From a virus (taxonomy: Duplodnaviria; Caudoviricetes): a stretch of DNA of 36,976 bases. A program made the position numbers and the translations under genes. The notes under the pieces are model-generated. The model searched no databases. It saw nothing but the letters and a program-made list of their open reading frames with translations, and was not told where the DNA came from. Where the stretch lies: IMG/VR virus record IMGVR_UViG_3300029822_000556, positions 1 through 36,976 of that record; one strand, written 5' to 3'. Positions 36,026 to 36,976 of this stretch are shown here, piece by piece (within the stretch, counting starts at the first letter, position 1; each line of letters begins with the position of its first letter).

Positions 36026-36975
36026 TCAATTTTTCTATCTATTTTATTTTTAGGAACATAACTTGGTTTTACTCCTAACATTATTTTAAATTTATCTTTT
36101 ATATCTGAAAAATTAACATAAGCGGGTGTTGATTTTCCAACAACTCCACTAAATATTTTATTGATTGTATCAATTTCTGTAATGGTTACATCATTATATG
36201 TTCCATTCTTTATGATATATTTTGATCCACTATCATAAGTAAACCCAAAACTGTGAAGAATTTCTTCTATTAAAACAGATTCTTCTCTATTTTCACAATA
36301 TATTTTAGGAATACTTATTTGATTCGATTCTAATAATCTTTTATTTGTTTTTGATTGATAAACAGGTGTTTTTAATTTAATATCAGTATATTTTAATATA
36401 AAATCTATAAAAGATTTTTTATCATCTGATCCAATTACTTTATCATGTATATAACATTCATTTTTATACATTTTATGAAAATCACCGTCTTCAAAAAAAC
36501 TCCTATTAGGTGTAAAATATATAGTATTTAAATTTAATATCACATCCAAATCATATTTATTATTTAGTATTAATACTCCATAATTATAACCATTGGAAAA
36601 AATATCTCTACTTAATGCATATGTTTTTATAAAATCATCACCAAATATTTTATTACAATAATTTATAAAATCATTAACATTATCTATATTTTGAAATTCA
36701 ATCATTAACATGGTTGTTTTATTACTATATGATTCGTTTAATGATCTTGTGACTCTTTTCTTAGGTTTATAATTAGGAATTATTTTACCATATTTAATTA
36801 TATTTAAAACTTTATTTAACTCATAATAATTGTATATTTTATCTTCATGTGAATTATTAGCTTCTTTAATGTCTACTAATGTAGTATCTGGTTTAGACCA
36901 ATATACCATAGTCTTATTTCTTAAATCTATTGAATAAATAGTTCTATTTAAATTAGTATATAATAATTCTCTATC
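36022..36975 (-). CDS. Multi-module tag-B polyprotein-like protein, 5'-truncated by the window edge
   Basis: The frame is open from 36909 to the window end. Tags are PNYKPKKRVTRSLNES, PVYQSKTNKRLLES and PSYVPKNKIDRKID. Confidence 0.75.
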   Translation of the reverse strand, partial: DRELLYTNLNRTIYSIDLRNKTMVYWSKPDTTLVDIKEANNSHEDKIYNYYELNKVLNIIKYGKIIPNYKPKKRVTRSLNESYSNKTTMLMIEFQNIDNVNDFINYCNKIFGDDFIKTYALSRDIFSNGYNYGVLILNNKYDLDVILNLNTIYFTPNRSFFEDGDFHKMYKNECYIHDKVIGSDDKKSFIDFILKYTDIKLKTPVYQSKTNKRLLESNQISIPKIYCENREESVLIEEILHSFGFTYDSGSKYIIKNGTYNDVTITEIDTINKIFSGVVGKSTPAYVNFSDIKDKFKIMLGVKPSYVPKNKIDRKID

Positions 36976-36976
36976 A

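Noticed and set aside
1-36976. Stop-codon reassignment (as in some jumbo and crAss-like phages)
   Set aside because: The standard code gives dense, full-length recognisable proteins, and TAG and TGA both end apparently complete genes.

Overview
Very AT-rich, densely coding segment that reads as part of a large T4-like (jumbo) tailed-phage genome rather than a bacterial chromosome. It encodes an RNase H/5'-3' exonuclease, a gp46/SbcC ATPase, a gp13-like neck protein, DHFR, a DNA methyltransferase and host-like genes (smpB, pspC, CYTH, Nudix, receiver domain, DeoC-like). It also has a glycosyltransferase cluster, four free-standing endonuclease-like genes and a TnpB (IS200/IS605) insertion. TAnnTTTG promoters point to a Bacteroidota host (inference). 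The strongest unexplained signal is a set of short peptide tags shared by unrelated proteins: (A) NES[IV][KR]HLLKPKS, 6 copies in 4 genes, both N-terminal and internal; (B) PxYxPKxKxxRx[LF]E, 9 copies closing modules in 4 ORFs; (C) T4 capsid-targeting-like N-termini, including one on a DeoC lacking its catalytic Lys; (D) a C-terminal RxxK[IL]xx[IL] tag; (E) MK[IV]RxGFVSNSSSSSF. I infer a capsid-loading and Glu-cleavage system for modular injected polyproteins. Also found: an unannotated ribbon-helix-helix gene with a palindromic operator, a recurrent TTTAATATATA promoter-like motif and a structured 5' leader. All calls come from reading motifs by eye; no database searches were run.
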